Origin: Cycas panzhihuaensis
Lineage: Eukaryota; Plantae; Cycadophyta
Assembly: GCA_023213395.1 (NCBI GenBank)
Contig: CM041465.1
Coordinates: 155,131,741-155,195,740 of the forward strand
DNA length: 64,000 nucleotides
Reading direction: 5' to 3'
Numbering within the stretch: the first letter of the stretch is position 1; every line of letters begins with the position of its first letter. The position numbers were made by a program, and so were the translations under genes. Of the stretch, positions 39,631 through 53,970 are shown one piece after another. The notes below the pieces were generated by a model. The model was given only the letters and a program-made list of their open reading frames with translations. It did no database searches and was not told the DNA's origin.

Positions 39631-42600
39631 GTAAAACATACTAAAGCAAGGTGCAAAATGTGATCAACAAACCTATGAAACCAACCTAAGGTATGAGTGG
39701 TGAGTTTAGAGGATGAGAGCAGCCTAGCACCTAACTTAAGATGCTCATATGCCTCTTAGATACGAGTGTAGGGCATATAGTAGTCCTAAATATTGAGGAA
39801 GGGACTATCCTAGGGCAACTTGATAGGGCCTATGGCAATTTAAAAGAAATTGGGGTCAAGTCATACATGCATCTATATGTTTTCCTTTTCTTTTTTTTTG
39901 AAATACAAAAAGGGGATCCCTATTTAGGTATAGTAATATTGCCATGCAAGTTTGGGGACTTGCAACCATGCTACCCCTCCCTCCACTAATGCTTTTGCTA
40001 ATGAGATACAGAGCCTAGACTATATGCATGTATAACTTCTCCCTTTGTCTTTATTTTTTTTGTTTGTTTCTTTTTTCTTTTGGGAAAGAGGGAGGATCAC
40101 TGTAATACAAGCAAAATAGTAAAATAAAAGATAAAATAAAAGGATAAGAAAACAAACTTCTTATCTTTCTTATGTGTGATTTTTCTTTTATATACTCTTC
40201 TTTTTGTTTTATAGGGTATGAGTAAAGATATATAAGAAAGAGAAAAGGAGGAAAGGGAGTAGCTAGGCCTAAATACACATCTCTCTCCTTTTTTCTTTTT
40301 GATCTTCCTACTCTCACTCTCTCATCTTTTCTTCATCTTTTTTTTTTAATCTTTCCTTAATCTTCTTTTGAAGTTGAAAGGGGAGAGCTAAAAAGGTCAA
40401 GTTACAAGAGACATAAAAGGATCAAAGTGTGCACCTATAACAATGAATTTTTGATGAAGTATGATATCCATGATTGTCAGATGCTTGATGCAAAAGGAGA
40501 ATAAAGGGACTAACTTTCCTACCCCTGAGAGAAATCCAAGAGTATTTCCACTTGCCAGATACCCTTATGACAGAAAATGGAAAGCATGAAATTAACTAAT
40601 TTGAGAGAAATTATAAATAAACACAACTACAAATCACCTCTATAATATGTAGGCATAATAGCTAGTGATGGCAAACTCTCTTATGGGAATATGTTGAATC
40701 CAAGCCTTGAAAATACTATCTTTTATTCTTACACATAAATCACTTTCTCCTATAATGACATATGACATGTATATATATATGTGTGTGCGTGTGTATGTGT
40801 GTGTGCTACTCAGATGGAGAGCAATGAAAATACCATGTAAACTCAAAAGTAAATGGAAATCAACCATGAACTATTGAGTGTACAAAGAGAGAAATAAGGG
40901 AGGGATTAGGGGCCTCAGAATGGCATAGTCCCCCTATATGAATTTGGTTTCCTAAGCTATACTTAGTAACCTCCCCTTGGCTTGTGAATCTATCCAAATG
41001 AACAAGCATAACATTAAGTAAGATGAGGCAACAAAAGAGGCAATCAAAGATAAGGATCTAAGAAGATGCTACAAAGACACAACCTAGCACAAAACCATCT
41101 AACATTCACATATCATGATGCAAACAAGATGAAATAAGAAAAAGGAAGCTACTTCAAAAGTTAGAGAGTGTACTATTGACCCTTTTCTTAGAAGATGATG
41201 GCCAATGTTAGCATGAAATTCCCCTTAAATCCTCTCCAAGCAATGTTGAGTGTGTGCTCCTAATCCTCATAATGGTTGGCTAATAATGCTCCCAAAAGTT
41301 AGTAGTTCTAACAAAAATTTGGTAGCATGTCCCCAATATCTTCCTTATAAAAATAATCTTCCTCATCTTCCCCTTGAAAAAAGCAAGGATTTTATAAGAA
41401 AATTTGAGGTGAGGGGTTGGTGGTTTCCTACCCACAATATGAGAAAAACCATCAACTAGAAGCCATGAACTAGGTTCATGGTTTAAGAGATTGAGTGACA
41501 AAATTAAGGAAATGGGACTTGTGAGGCATGTTTAGCCTCCCAACATAGGTACAAGCTAACCTAGGGCTGACATAGCCTATTAGGTCAAAGACTTAGCTCA
41601 TTAATGAGCAGACTATCACCATTAAACCTAAATCTAGGTTAGTGATAGTCATACTATGAATTCTTTTATAGTATCATGAATATGTTTGTGGTACCACAAA
41701 ATACTTCGTAGTATTACGAAATATTTTATGGTACCATGAATGCAAGCAAAAATTGGAGTAATATAGTAGTAAAAAATATTTATCATCATTTTCTCTTTAT
41801 GTAGATAGGCAGACCTACAAAAGGAGGGACCTACAGGCACCTATCTATTAGTACTAAGTGAGAATAGAGTGAAGACAAGACAAAATAATAAATAAGTTAT
41901 ATGCAACTAGGAAGGCACCATTTTTCTAACTTAAGAATACTAGACAGGGACATCAGGGCCATGGATAGGTGTCATTCCCATCATCAACAAAAATAAGGGA
42001 CATGACTCAATCAATCAAGCAAAGTAGCAAGCATATATCTATCATATAAATTCAATATATATATATCAATGAAAAGAGGACAAAAGGATAGAAATATACC
42101 TATACTTACCTCACCTAATTGACCATATAAGTCCTCATTCCTGGAAGCTACAAAATAGATTCTAATAGAAATGAGATATTTAAAATATAATTTTTACCAA
42201 CTAAGAATGATATATATCCCACAAAACTCATATACAACTAGTTGTATGTTGATATTATTATGATCAAACTCTAAACTAAAATCATAAGGAGGTTCTATCA
42301 CTCATGGAGTTACTAGGCATTATAGGATCCTTGAACCTCATGCAAACTATTTATTACAAAGATTTATCATTCATGTATATAAGCTCCTTTTTTCAAAGGA
42401 GAGAAAATAAAGAAAACAAAGGCAAGGAATACAACACCAACAACTTTCAGAAATCTTAATTCCAATGATGAATTCTTACCTTAAAATAGTTATCTTCCTT
42501 TAATGTAATCAATATTTTTTAATTTTTTATTTGAAATAAGCATGAAAAAGGAAGAAAATTGAGAAGAACAAGCTCAACAATATCCAAGAAAGAAGAAAAA

Positions 42601-43984
42601 ATCAAGACTAGATCTCTTTGGAAGCTTGGAGAATTGAGAAGAATGGGAGAGACTAGTTATGTTTTACAGTGAAGAGGTAGATCTCTCTTCATAATAAACT
42701 ACTTATTTACTTTCCCGCAAAGGGCTGACCTTTTAATCAAGGTTTCCCAACGAAAAAATATAGATGAAAGAGATTCAAAAATCAAAAGAAAGAGAGAGGC
42801 ATATCTAGTCATAAGAAATTATCAAAAGAGCACCAAATTAAAAGGAAACCATGGTAGAAAAGACCTTACTAGAGATATGAAGCTTGAAATAAAGAGTTCT
42901 AGAAAATCAAGTACCTAAAAAAGTAGCAACAAGTTAATTTCAAATAGCAATTAAGTAGCAATCAAAGCTCTAGATCCCTCCTCTTAACTTCTCTCTTATT
43001 TTCTCAAAGGTGGATATCAAAATCACAAAGAAAATCTCTTAATTTCTCAAAAATCACTTTAAAAAACCTACCATCAAGCTCATAATATTTGAATGAATTA
43101 TCTCTCTAGGGTTTTAGAGGGATCTACATACAAATGGAGTTAGTTTCCAATAAATTTAGATGATGACATGTAAAATTGGCATGTTATTTAAAAAATTTAC
43201 ATACATGACAGTAAAAAACATGATCTATCATATTTTATTAACAACGAAAAATGTAACTTTATTAATAAAATACGATCAATCATGTTTTTTGCAGAACAAA
43301 AATGTAATAAATCAAGAAGTAAAAATTAATTATTAAAAAGTCAAAATTTATATTTTTATTAAAGAATTTAAGCAAAATTGACTTAATCAATGAGAAAAAG
43401 TAGCCAAAAAGGGGTAAAAACTTAAGCACAAGCCTAAAAATCATTAAAAAAATGATGATTTAAAGATAAAATTAAGAGAAAAGAATGAAACAAGAACGTG
43501 TTTTAAGAAAAAATTGAGTTAAAATGATCATAAAGGTGAGATATTATTACCATAATTCTCATTCATTAGTAAGTGAAAAACGTAATAGTATAATCATTAT
43601 CATTCAATATACATAATCCATGAAATCAATACCACATTTCATCAAAACATAACATAATAGGAGATAGAATAAGCTATAATTAATTATATCAAATATAAAT
43701 AAAGAAAGAAACTTATTAATTGTAATGAAGATTAATTGATGGCCAAGTTTCAGTGAAATACTTTTCCCCCTTAGCACCTAAAGCTCTTACTTCAGAAGAG
43801 TAGTAGGATGGTAAAAGGTGACAATGATCACAATGAAGGTTTTTTCTCATAAAGATAAAAGGTTTGGATGAGGTATGTAAATGATACTACCAAAATGTCT
43901 ACCCAACAAATAGGGCTTACACTCACTCGATTGAAAGTAATACTAAATGTATACAAACTAAATGAGACTTAAAAGCTAGATGGT

Positions 43985-44215
43985 CATAGTTTATCTCTCA
44001 TTAACCATGTTTTGGAGGAAAGGTCCTTTTACTAAAGCATAAAGGATGAATTGTCATAGCTTTTGGGCTCATTAATAGATGACTTTTTAGAGCCTTAGAC
44101 CACCATAGTTTTAGCTCATTAGTACGTGACTTTCTAGAGTCTTCTATCATAGTTTAAGCTTATTAATGGGTGAAAGAGGTTCAAATCTTTACATTGTCAT
44201 AGTTTAAGTTTTTCA
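43985..44215. repeat. Degenerate ~45-50-bp repeats in the 3' region of C
   Basis: catag(t/c)tt...ctcatta at 43985, 44055, 44104, 44148 and partially at 44198. Confidence 0.7.
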
Positions 44216-44939
44216 ACAAATAAGAGGGCTAAGAGCAATTTGAAGGCCAAAATAAAATGATTAAGAGATATAATATTCATGCCTATAAAATTCTCATTGA
44301 AAGATGAGTGAGTTAAGTTCAATAATAACCCTAACCAATGGAAGATGTATCATTTTCTTATTTTAAAAGACTTCATCTAGGAACGATTGTTAAAAGAGAA
44401 TAATACTAACCTGGATGAATGAAATGGATAAAAGAAAAAATTTTGTCTCATAAACAAAGAAAAGGCCTCTCCATTCTTATAAGAAAAATTGATATATTTT
44501 ATTTTATTTTTACATGAGGGAGTTGGATAAATTATGATGTAGAAGGCCTTTGTTATTTAATTTTAAAGACAATTTGGAGCCACTATGACGAGAGACCAGC
44601 TCTAGGAGGTGGTGATAAAGATAATGCAGTGGGGAGCTAGATATTTAGTAAGTCTCCTTTAAGCTTTTTTTAATTAAAATTTTTGTTAAAAATTATGATA
44701 ATAGGGACTAAAAAATGTGATTGCAAGGTTAAAAATGTGATGAAGCAGTCAAAATTACAATTTAATAGTTTGTAGCAAGAATTAAGGAATCATATTTTTT
44801 ATTGATAAATCACATTTTTATTTGTGTTATCATGTTTTTCTCTATATTAATATGTTTTTAACTTTGAAAGAGAAAATTTTAAAATAAAAGTTTTTTTAAA
44901 AGATAAAAGTACAGTTTGACATAATTATTTTTTCTATTA

Positions 44940-46740
44940 CTCAACCTTTAGAGAGGATAGATACTAGAGAGAATGAAGGATTGGTGATTAGGGAATTGAT
45001 CATTCAACTAACTGAGAAGGATTGGGCCCTATTAAGGGTGTGTGGTATATCATAAGTAAGTGGATCAACCAAGTTGGTAATGCAGTATGAGATCATTCAT
45101 GATTTCTTTAGTTGTTGGATTCCGGAGAGAAATATATTTAGAATATAAGCCATAGGAGACATACAGATCACTCTTAGGGATGTTGGGAGGATATTAGGGG
45201 TTAGCTAGTATGGGGATAGGATTAGACTAAATAGGGTAATTAATGGTGAATCTTAGGAGGCTTGTAGCCAATATTTGATTGGATTTACTATTAGTTTGGT
45301 TGTCATGAGGTATCCTTTGAGGTAATGAGGATAGAGGAGGGGATTTTTGTTATATGGAAGATCATTACTCTCATTATTATTTTCAAGATTATTAGGACCC
45401 AAAACTTCATGGGGGTTTTAGCACAGTGGGTAGGAGTGATTAGGAGGTGTGAATAGGATGTTAGGATAAACTGAGGGTAGTACATAGGAGATACCATATA
45501 CCTTAAATTATCCCAGATCAAGAGGTAGGGTAGGTGAGGTTTTTCCTATAGTTCTATTTAGATATATTGGTTGTACGATCACATCCCATTGATGAGGCCA
45601 GGTGAAGCACCAAGAGAGCTGACCATCATGGATTTGGAAATAAATAGATGGCATATGAGAGCTTAGATTTATAATAAGAGATCCATCATGGTAAGGAGCA
45701 CACATAGTCATGTACTAAGCTACATGACCAGGAGGCAACTTATAGAGGATCCATATGAGGGGCTATTAATATGGAGTAATAATAAAGTCGATGTAGTTGA
45801 GAGGGTAGCAGTAGAAGAGGCTTCTATTACTAGTAGAGGGAGAGGGAGAGTGAAAGGAAGAGGAGGTAGAATAAGAGGGGATGGTAGGTAAGATTGAGTT
45901 AGTTAAGGTGGGTGAGGAAAGGCATTAACTAGTAGAGGAGGGAGAGGAGGTAAGGATATGTTCCAAGTGATGGATGAAGCACAAGGTAGGGATAGAAGAG
46001 CCATTATATAGAGCATGGAGCTAGGTTCAATAAATAGGTAGGCTAGAGGAGGCAATGGAAGTAGAGGAGGAAAGGGAGAGCCTCTAAGAGGCTCCCCAAG
46101 AGCCTAAGGGTGAAGCATTTGTATAGCCAGAAGAGGAGATAGTTGTAGAGCCAATGAGGGGAGGATAGCTAGAAAGTATGCTAATTAGTGTATATTTTAA
46201 ATATACTTGATTATTTCTTTTTAGATTATCTACCCTTTATATAGAATATTGATCACTATTAATATGATTATCATGGACAAGTAAGAAGAGCTTGACTCTT
46301 TCAGAGGTTTGGTGGATGCTTGACTTGATCTTCTGTTACATATCTACATTGAGAGAACACCTCTAGCATGGAACATTACTGATTGTATATTATTAGGGCA
46401 TTAAATTAAGTAATTTAGCCTCACATTATAGGCTCGAGATATGATTTAGAACATATAGATGGAGCTGAGACTCCAGGAGCTAGAGCTCAAGGCAGTAGAG
46501 GATGAGTGACGACATTTGCAGAGGATGATATTGGCATAGGTTGGGGAGAAGAGTACTCCATTCAAGAGCATTACAATTCAATAAGGGAGAGAGATTCTAC
46601 CATATACAGAGTTAACACATAGGTAGATTCTAGATATATGGGAGAGGATGGAGTGAGGAGTACAGGGTAGATCTCATTAGAGCTCATAGAGATTAGCATA
46701 TTTTATATATAGAGAGGAGATAGGAGGGAGATTTGAGGTA
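44940..46740 (+). pseudogene. PMD-like accessory gene antisense to element C
   Basis: ~45080-45220 reads MQYEIIHDFFSCWIPERNIFRI*AIGDIQITLRDVGRILGVS*YGD, followed by an RGRGR tract, an acidic tract and a coiled-coil-like segment (LRLQELELKAVEDE). Confidence 0.8.
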
Positions 46741-47649
46741 TTTTATAAGCATCAGATGTTATATCATGGGCCACAAAGTGATAGATATATTGTATTTTGA
46801 CCATGTTCCATATATATGTATATGTATAATGATCATTTTCATCATAACTTATGTAACAAATGTAATAAGATGATTGACTCTAAGCTCATTTCCCCCATTT
46901 ATTCCCATTTTACAAATTGAATATGATTTACATTCATCAGTATGAGAGTCCATGAAAGCATATAGTGATTTTATATTTTTTTGTCTTTTGTAAATTTTTT
47001 TTTTTTGGATTTTTTATTAATATATACATGATAGTTTATACTTATTTCAGGGTACAAAAGGAGTCTTAAAGGAGAAAAATAGTAAGGAATAATAAAGGAT
47101 AATAAATAAATAAAAGATAAAAGGGAGTAAATAGAAAAGATTAATAATTCTATTTGTATAAGCATAAAACCACTTGAACAACAAATGATAATAGGTTCAT
47201 AAAAATAGAGGATGAAATAATATAAGTCCCTCTAAAAGAAAAACTAATATAATTCACATCATACTCAAGATAGATTATATAAACATAGACTAAAATCCAT
47301 ATACATATTATATATCTTAAGAAAGACATATTGTTTATAGAATGAAAAATTAATTCCACTAAATAAACAACTAGTTTCTTGAGTATATAGGATTCTTCGT
47401 TGGCTCCTTTTAGGGATAAGAAGCTTTTAAGGACCTCCCCCTGCCAAAATCCTCCTTAGCCTATGATTCCCACATGGGTCTATATTTTCTAACACTTCAT
47501 TTCATCCTTAAACCTATGATCCTAACCTTCACATTACTTAAACTTTTATCTTCAAAACCCTATTGTTTATGCTCTTTACGAAGTGGTAGTTTATGCTTAT
47601 TCAAGAATAAAGCTCCCCCAACAAAAGATGAGAGTTATTCGAAATAATT

Positions 47650-48039
47650 ATCTAATATAAGAGAGACTAGAGTATTAGCTTTAGTATTTAGAGACTAAGT
47701 AACAAACTAAAGAGTTACTAAAGGGAACAAAGACATCAATGATTAAACTTGGTGGTGAAGGGAAAGGAGTCATGAAGAATGTATCTGATATATCCTAACT
47801 AACTGGTAAACTATGATCTATTAGTTAGAATAAATGAGGATAGGTCCATGATAAGATTGAGAAATATTAGGTAATTCTCCTATGATAGCAATGTATTTGA
47901 TATTATTATTGGTTACTTTAGGTAAAAATAGACCAACAGATAAGAGGGGATTTCTAAATTAACCATAAATCACCTAAGTAGTAGTAGATGGTCCTAGGTT
48001 ACCTCTACTACCTCCATCAGTGAAAATACTCAATGCCAT
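47650..48039 (-). pseudogene. Archaeal-type ribonuclease H (aRH) remnant downstream of the integrase of C
   Basis: MALSIFTDGGSRGNLGPS... / VTNNNIKYIAIIGEL / IVYQLVRIYQI / NTKANTLV correspond to the RNase HI motifs .FTDG.SRGNPGP, TNN.AEY.A.I.GL, LV..Q..G.Y and N..AD.LA. Confidence 0.85.
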
Positions 48040-48979
48040 GGAAAAATAGGACCAGTAGTTAGAGATTGTATGATCAATAAAAGAGAATATAGGAATTAAA
48101 TAGTAAGAAGATAGTAATAAATGAAAATAGCTTGGTTTCATCTATAAAGAGGAAAAGGGAAAATCATAATGAAGATAATAATAACTAACTATAATAAAAG
48201 ATGTCAAGAAAGGTTCGATCGTAATTGAGGCCACAATGCTCCCACATAACTAGACCCAAATATCCAAAATAACTCATCCAAATGAACCCAACCTATAACA
48301 TAAATATAGGTGAGGATGAAGCCATCATGTGACTTTCCCTAAATTTTAAAAGGATGATAATGATATATTTTTCTTTTCTTTTGACTTTGACTTTGATTCT
48401 TTTTTGCTTTCATTTTTTTACTTAATATTTATAAAAAAAGGATATTAATCATCTAATTATAAAGTACCCTTCTGCAATGTAGTAAGAATTTTCTCTTTTT
48501 AATGAAACTAAAGTAAAACAATAGAAACCAAAAACCTTAAAAATTAAACTACAGGAGAAAGAGGAGATCTAAATCATAGTGCTTCCAAATATAAGGGGAA
48601 GGTGGCAAAATGACTATTCACCTCTAAAGTATAAATAGAGAAAACCAAGAGTGATTAAAAAAAAAAGAAAATGGGTGATGGATTACAAAGAAGGGATTCC
48701 CAAAATGAAGGACTAGTGAATAAGGGTATAACCTAAGCAGCTAATAAAGTATTTGAGGATAACAAATAAATCTCTTCTTGGGGATGATGATAAATAACAA
48801 AATTAAGGGCCTAAATTCTCTCTTGAGTATAAGGCTCAAAAGAGAGAGGATTGGTAACCTTAAATAAGGAGTGCTCATAATTAATATATATGCCAAAAGG
48901 AGTAGTAGGCTTATATAATCATGAGAAAGATCACTTCATAGAGGTAACTTGAATGAAAATGAAAAATGGTTAAGAAAGA

Positions 48980-51900
48980 AAACTTCCTATAGTTTTAGCT
49001 CTTTAAACAATGAGAATATTCAAAGTTGTAGTTTATCCTCATTATACAGACTTGATGCTGCTAGGTATAAGACTTCCTTAAGTATTGAGAATTTATAGAC
49101 TTCTTAAATTCTAAACATTTCATTATAGAAATTTGATTAATATAATTATTTAAATCTTCAATAATTAGATAGGGTCCAACCCACTTAGGAGAGAACTTTC
49201 GTTGCTTCTCATGGAGATATTCTAATTTTAAAACTTTATCACCAACACAGAATTTCCTAGGCCTAAGCTACCTATCACAAGTAGTCTCAACTATAGCTTG
49301 AGAGGCTATATTATTTGTAATACTTTTAAACAAGTCTCATCTACTTTTTCAAGTTCTAAGAGATGTACTTCTCTTTGGAACTCTTCACCAGTGAATTCTT
49401 TAGTGAGATGCATAGGTAGGGAATCTCAACTTCTAATGGAAGGATGGCCCTGACTCCATAAACTAGAGAAAAAGGAGTCATGCCTATAATATTTCTAATT
49501 AAATTTCTATATACCCACAATACCAAAAATAGTTAAGTATGTTAATCTCTATAAGAAGTTTCTACAGTCTTAGTTAAAATCTTAACTAAGGCTTTATTAA
49601 ATGCTCCAACTTAACCATTCGCTTAAAGGTGATAAGGGGTAGATAGTCTATGGGTTATATGAAACTTATTGTACAACTCACTAACATATAGGTTATAAAA
49701 TAAAGACCCATTATTAATAATAATGACATCAAGTACCTCAAATTTATAAATAATATATTAGAAAATAAATGTAGCAACAACCTTTCTAGTAACAAAACTA
49801 ATGGAATAACTTAACTCTATTTAGTAAAATATTCAGTTGCAATAATAATGAATTTATGGCCATTAGATGAAGCTAGAAAATTTTGATCAATGAGATCGAA
49901 ACCCCATTGAAAGAAGGGGCAAGGAGAGATAACTGACTTCAACTCTTAGGCAAGTTTATGAATTAAAGTCACATGAAAATGGCATTTTTCACATTTTTGA
50001 ACATAGGCATGAGCATCTTTGAATAAGGTAGGCTAATAATAACCCATACAAAGGATGTGTTGGGCCATAGATCGGCCACCAAAATAACCATCACATATTC
50101 CTTCATGACACTCTATTAAGGCTATATGAGTTTCATTAGGAGAGAGGCATCTCAATAGAATCCCATTGAAAGAATGTTCATAAAGTACACCATCGAGCAA
50201 AAGATATTACCTAACAGTGGCTCATATTATCCTTCTTTTCTTTGACACTAAAGAAGAAGGGAAAGATTGATCACGAATGTATGATTTAATCTCTCCATAC
50301 TAGAGATCATCAAAAGGGATGGCCTAAACATGGAAGATATATTCATCTGGAAGAGTATCATCAACAAGTCGATTGGTAGTATTGGGAAGATGAGTATCAA
50401 TTATGATCTCTATAATGACCATGCTTTCCTTAGATTTTCTATTAATAACTTAAAAAACATGCTCTTATAATAAGATGGACCATTTACCTAATTATCTAGT
50501 AAGATTGGTTTTAGTTAGTAAATATCTAATAAGATCTGATTGGATGATAAGAAGCACCTTATTTCTAAGAAGGTAATGATACAACTCTTTAATGGCAAAA
50601 ATTAAAAAACAACACTCCTTCTCAGTAAAAGGATAATGAAGCCCGACTACCACTAAGGTTCTACTAATGAAATAGATTGCCTATTATTTAGTAAAATCAT
50701 CTTCTTACACCAACATACCTGTTAATGACTCTTCTATAGAAGAGGTATATAGAATGATAGTCTTATTAAACCTTGGTGGAGCATGCACAAGTGTTGTGAT
50801 TAATGCTTGCTTTAATGTATTAGAGGACTCTTGAGCTTAAGGAGTCCATTATAATTCAACATTTCTCTTTAAAATGTTAGTGAGAGGCTTAGCATCTAAG
50901 GAAAAATTAGTATTAAATCATCTTAGGAAACCAAGCCTACCTAAAAAGGATTTTATATATTTTTGAATTTTTTGGAGGGGCGGTGGGGGGGGCATATCAA
51001 TAATTGCCCTTACTTTATCATGACATATTCTTATTCCATTGTGAGAAATAAGATTACCCAATATATTTCTTAAAGTTACCATAAAAATGCATTTAGATAA
51101 ATTTAAACGCAAATGATACTTTCTACATCTTTCAAGAATTGTTCTTAAATCACACACATGATCTTGTCATTTATGAGAAAGGGCAAGAATATTTGGATAA
51201 TACATAGTAATAATATTACCAATTAGATCATGAAAAATATAGGCCATTGCTCTGTAGCAAGTAGCCCCAACATTTTTCAATCTAAAGGCATGACCTTATA
51301 AATGAAAGTATCATGAGGGGTAGTAAAAGTAGTCTTATGGTGATCTTGTGGTATAATAGAAATTTGATTGTATCCAGAGAAACCATCCATAAGAGACATA
51401 ACCTTGAAACCAACTATTTAATCCCAAATTTGATGGAGAAAAATAAGAGAAACATTACCTTTGAGGCAAACATCATTAATATCCTAAAAGTCAATGCAGA
51501 TTTGAATTGAGTTATTTTTCTTTGTAACTAGGATAATATTTGAAACCCATTGAGAGTATTCAACACTCTCAATGAATCTAGCTTTTAATAATTTCTCAAC
51601 TTCCTGTTTAATAGTAGTGGAAAGACGAGGATGAATAGGTCTTTATTTTTGGCATTTGAGTTTAGCTCTAGGGATAACAATAATATTATGTTTGATAATA
51701 GGGGGATCAAGACATTACATATCATTGTAATCCCAAGCAAAAATTGAATGAAACTTACAAAAGAGATCTTTAAACTGAGAAATCTCTTGAGGAGAACAAT
51801 TATCTCCAAGCTTAATAATCTTAGGAGTATCTTCCAATTCTAAGTTAATATCTATAGTTTCTTCCATGAGTATAACATTACCCTCTTCAAAATGAGGAGG

Positions 51901-53071
51901 AGTAGGATCTGTAAGAGAAATTATCTCCTAAAGTTGGGATTGGTCCATTAGTGGTGAATCAAGTTTTATCATCCTTAAAAAAACCAACTTATGATGATAA
52001 GAGGGAAGATTAGGAGTTAATCCCGTTAGACATTCAAGGATCACCTCATCATTTTTAAAATGATCTAAACAAAAGAGGTCAACGAGGGAAAGATTTTTAA
52101 ATAGATCGATAAAAGAGGAAAATACCTTCAAAGGTGGGGAATCATCAAATAAGGAGTTTGGACATGTAGGTACAACCTCAATGATTGATGAGACTTGAGA
52201 AAAAGAAATAGGTCTATTAATAAAATCCTAAGTTAAAGTATATTCAAATTCACAATGGTAAGAATGATGATTTTGATTAGACAAAGATGTCAAGGTGAGG
52301 GATGATGGAGGATCATCAATAGGAGAATGAGAAGGAAAGTAAATGATAGAGACTAAATGACTTCAAGTACTTGATTAGATGTATTTTGATTCCTTTAAGA
52401 CATAGCATGCAAAGGAACAACCTCATCATTTAATTCTAAATCTAGGTTCCTATGCAATAACATTTTCTTATCATGTCTATTTAATCATATATCAAAAAGA
52501 AAAGACTAAGATAAAAGAGATGTAGTATGAGTAGGCACATCATGTGAAGACGAAACCACATGATTCATTAAAGAAGTAAATCTTTTGGATGAAACTAAAG
52601 TATTAACTATTGAAGGTAAATATAAAATCTATGAGAAATGACTGTGAGTAGAAAGTAGAATATTTGAATCAATAATCTCACTTATGGTTGTCTCCTCACA
52701 AGATATTCTAGAGTGTGATACTATTTCTTCATAAGAAGAAGAAGGAGAAACCAAAGATCAATAGGTAGGACCGAGAAAATAAGGAGTAGATAAAGAACCT
52801 AGTTTAATAGGTACAACTTCAACTAAATCTACACATTTTACTTCTCCCTAAGGAGGAGGTATTTCAATGGAAAAATACTACCTTAAACCTATAGATTGGA
52901 AGAAGTATTTTAAAGAGTTGGATGACTCACTAAGTTCAGAGAAATCCTCAATGAGTAGGACCAACTATTTAATAGGTTTTAACCTATATTTAATAATCTT
53001 GAGTTTGCTTTCATAGATGAACCAAAGTTCACCAAAAAGGGAAGAGCATATAGCTAACATTTAGGTAATCC
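48980..53071 (-). pseudogene. pol remnant of C (RT-RH-INT)
   Basis: RT ORF 50918-51157 (LRLNLSKCIF...IKSFLGRLGFLR); RH EKECCFLIFAIKEL (~50585-50625); INT SSNGHKFIIIATEYFTK (~49820-49875). Confidence 0.9.
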
Positions 53072-53569
53072 ATGGTTGATCCCAAAATAGAGTTTAATTG
53101 GTGAAGAAGTCAATTATCAACCTTTTCTCCTTGAGATCCTGGGAGTTAGTGTAGAAATCCCAATAACATCAAAATAAAAATGAGCCCACAAAAGGAAATT
53201 CTACACCAAATCATTTATTCTTGATATTTATCCAAAAGTATGAGGCGTAGTACTTTTATTAAACTATGAAAATCTCCATTTAATGGTGGAGAAATTAACT
53301 AGCAAAAGAATGGTTAAATTACAAGGAATAAATTATACAATTATACCATAAGGGGGACTCCAACCTTCCAAAATGATTCTCCAAGGATGCTTCCCAAGTC
53401 AAGTGGCTTTCACCTCCAAGAACCACCTCTCCAACCTGTAATAGGGCTCAATTTATAGAAAGAAACCAAAATTGCATGTTTAACAAGTGGCAATCATGCA
53501 AGTATAACCACTAACCACCAGAATGCATGTTGTCCAAGTGGCCTTCATGCAATTCTTAAAAGTTACAGC

Positions 53570-53970
53570 TTATAACAGACTGTAACAGACTCCAATTTGG
53601 CTCAAATTTGGAACACATATAGGAATGTATGTTTCCTCTACTTCCTCAAAATTTTAGCGCATTTGTGTTTCATTTGATTACATTTGTATTCATTTAATGA
53701 TAATATGTATTTGTTATTTTTCTGCTAGCTGTGGGATTAATTTTATGCAAAATAAGTCTTGAACTTGTGGCTTGTAACTGACCTTAGAAGACTCCAATTT
53801 GGCTCAAATTTGGTACACATATAGGAACAATGTTCCCTCCTCTTCCTCAAAATTTTAGCTCATTTGGATGTCATTTTACTGCATTTTTATTCATTTAATG
53901 ATAATATGTATTTGTTGTTTTTATGCTAGTTATGGGATTAATTTTATGCAAAACAAGGCTTGAACTCTAA
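53570..53970. repeat. ~202-bp tandem duplication inside the D LTR (also ~59230-59630)
   Basis: actccaatttggctcaaatttgg at 53589 and 53791. Confidence 0.9.

Larger units (their letters stand above)
24581..42152 (-). mobile_element. Tat-type Gypsy copy B: 5' LTR 39632-42152, PBS, gag-pol and long 3' region with antisense PMD gene; 3' LTR not found
   Basis: The LTR starts TGTAGC at 42152 (minus). PBS TGGCGGCCATACTGGGGA at 39630-39613. Domain order is gag-PR-RT-RH-INT. The left boundary is inferred from the putative PMD first exon. Confidence 0.85.
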
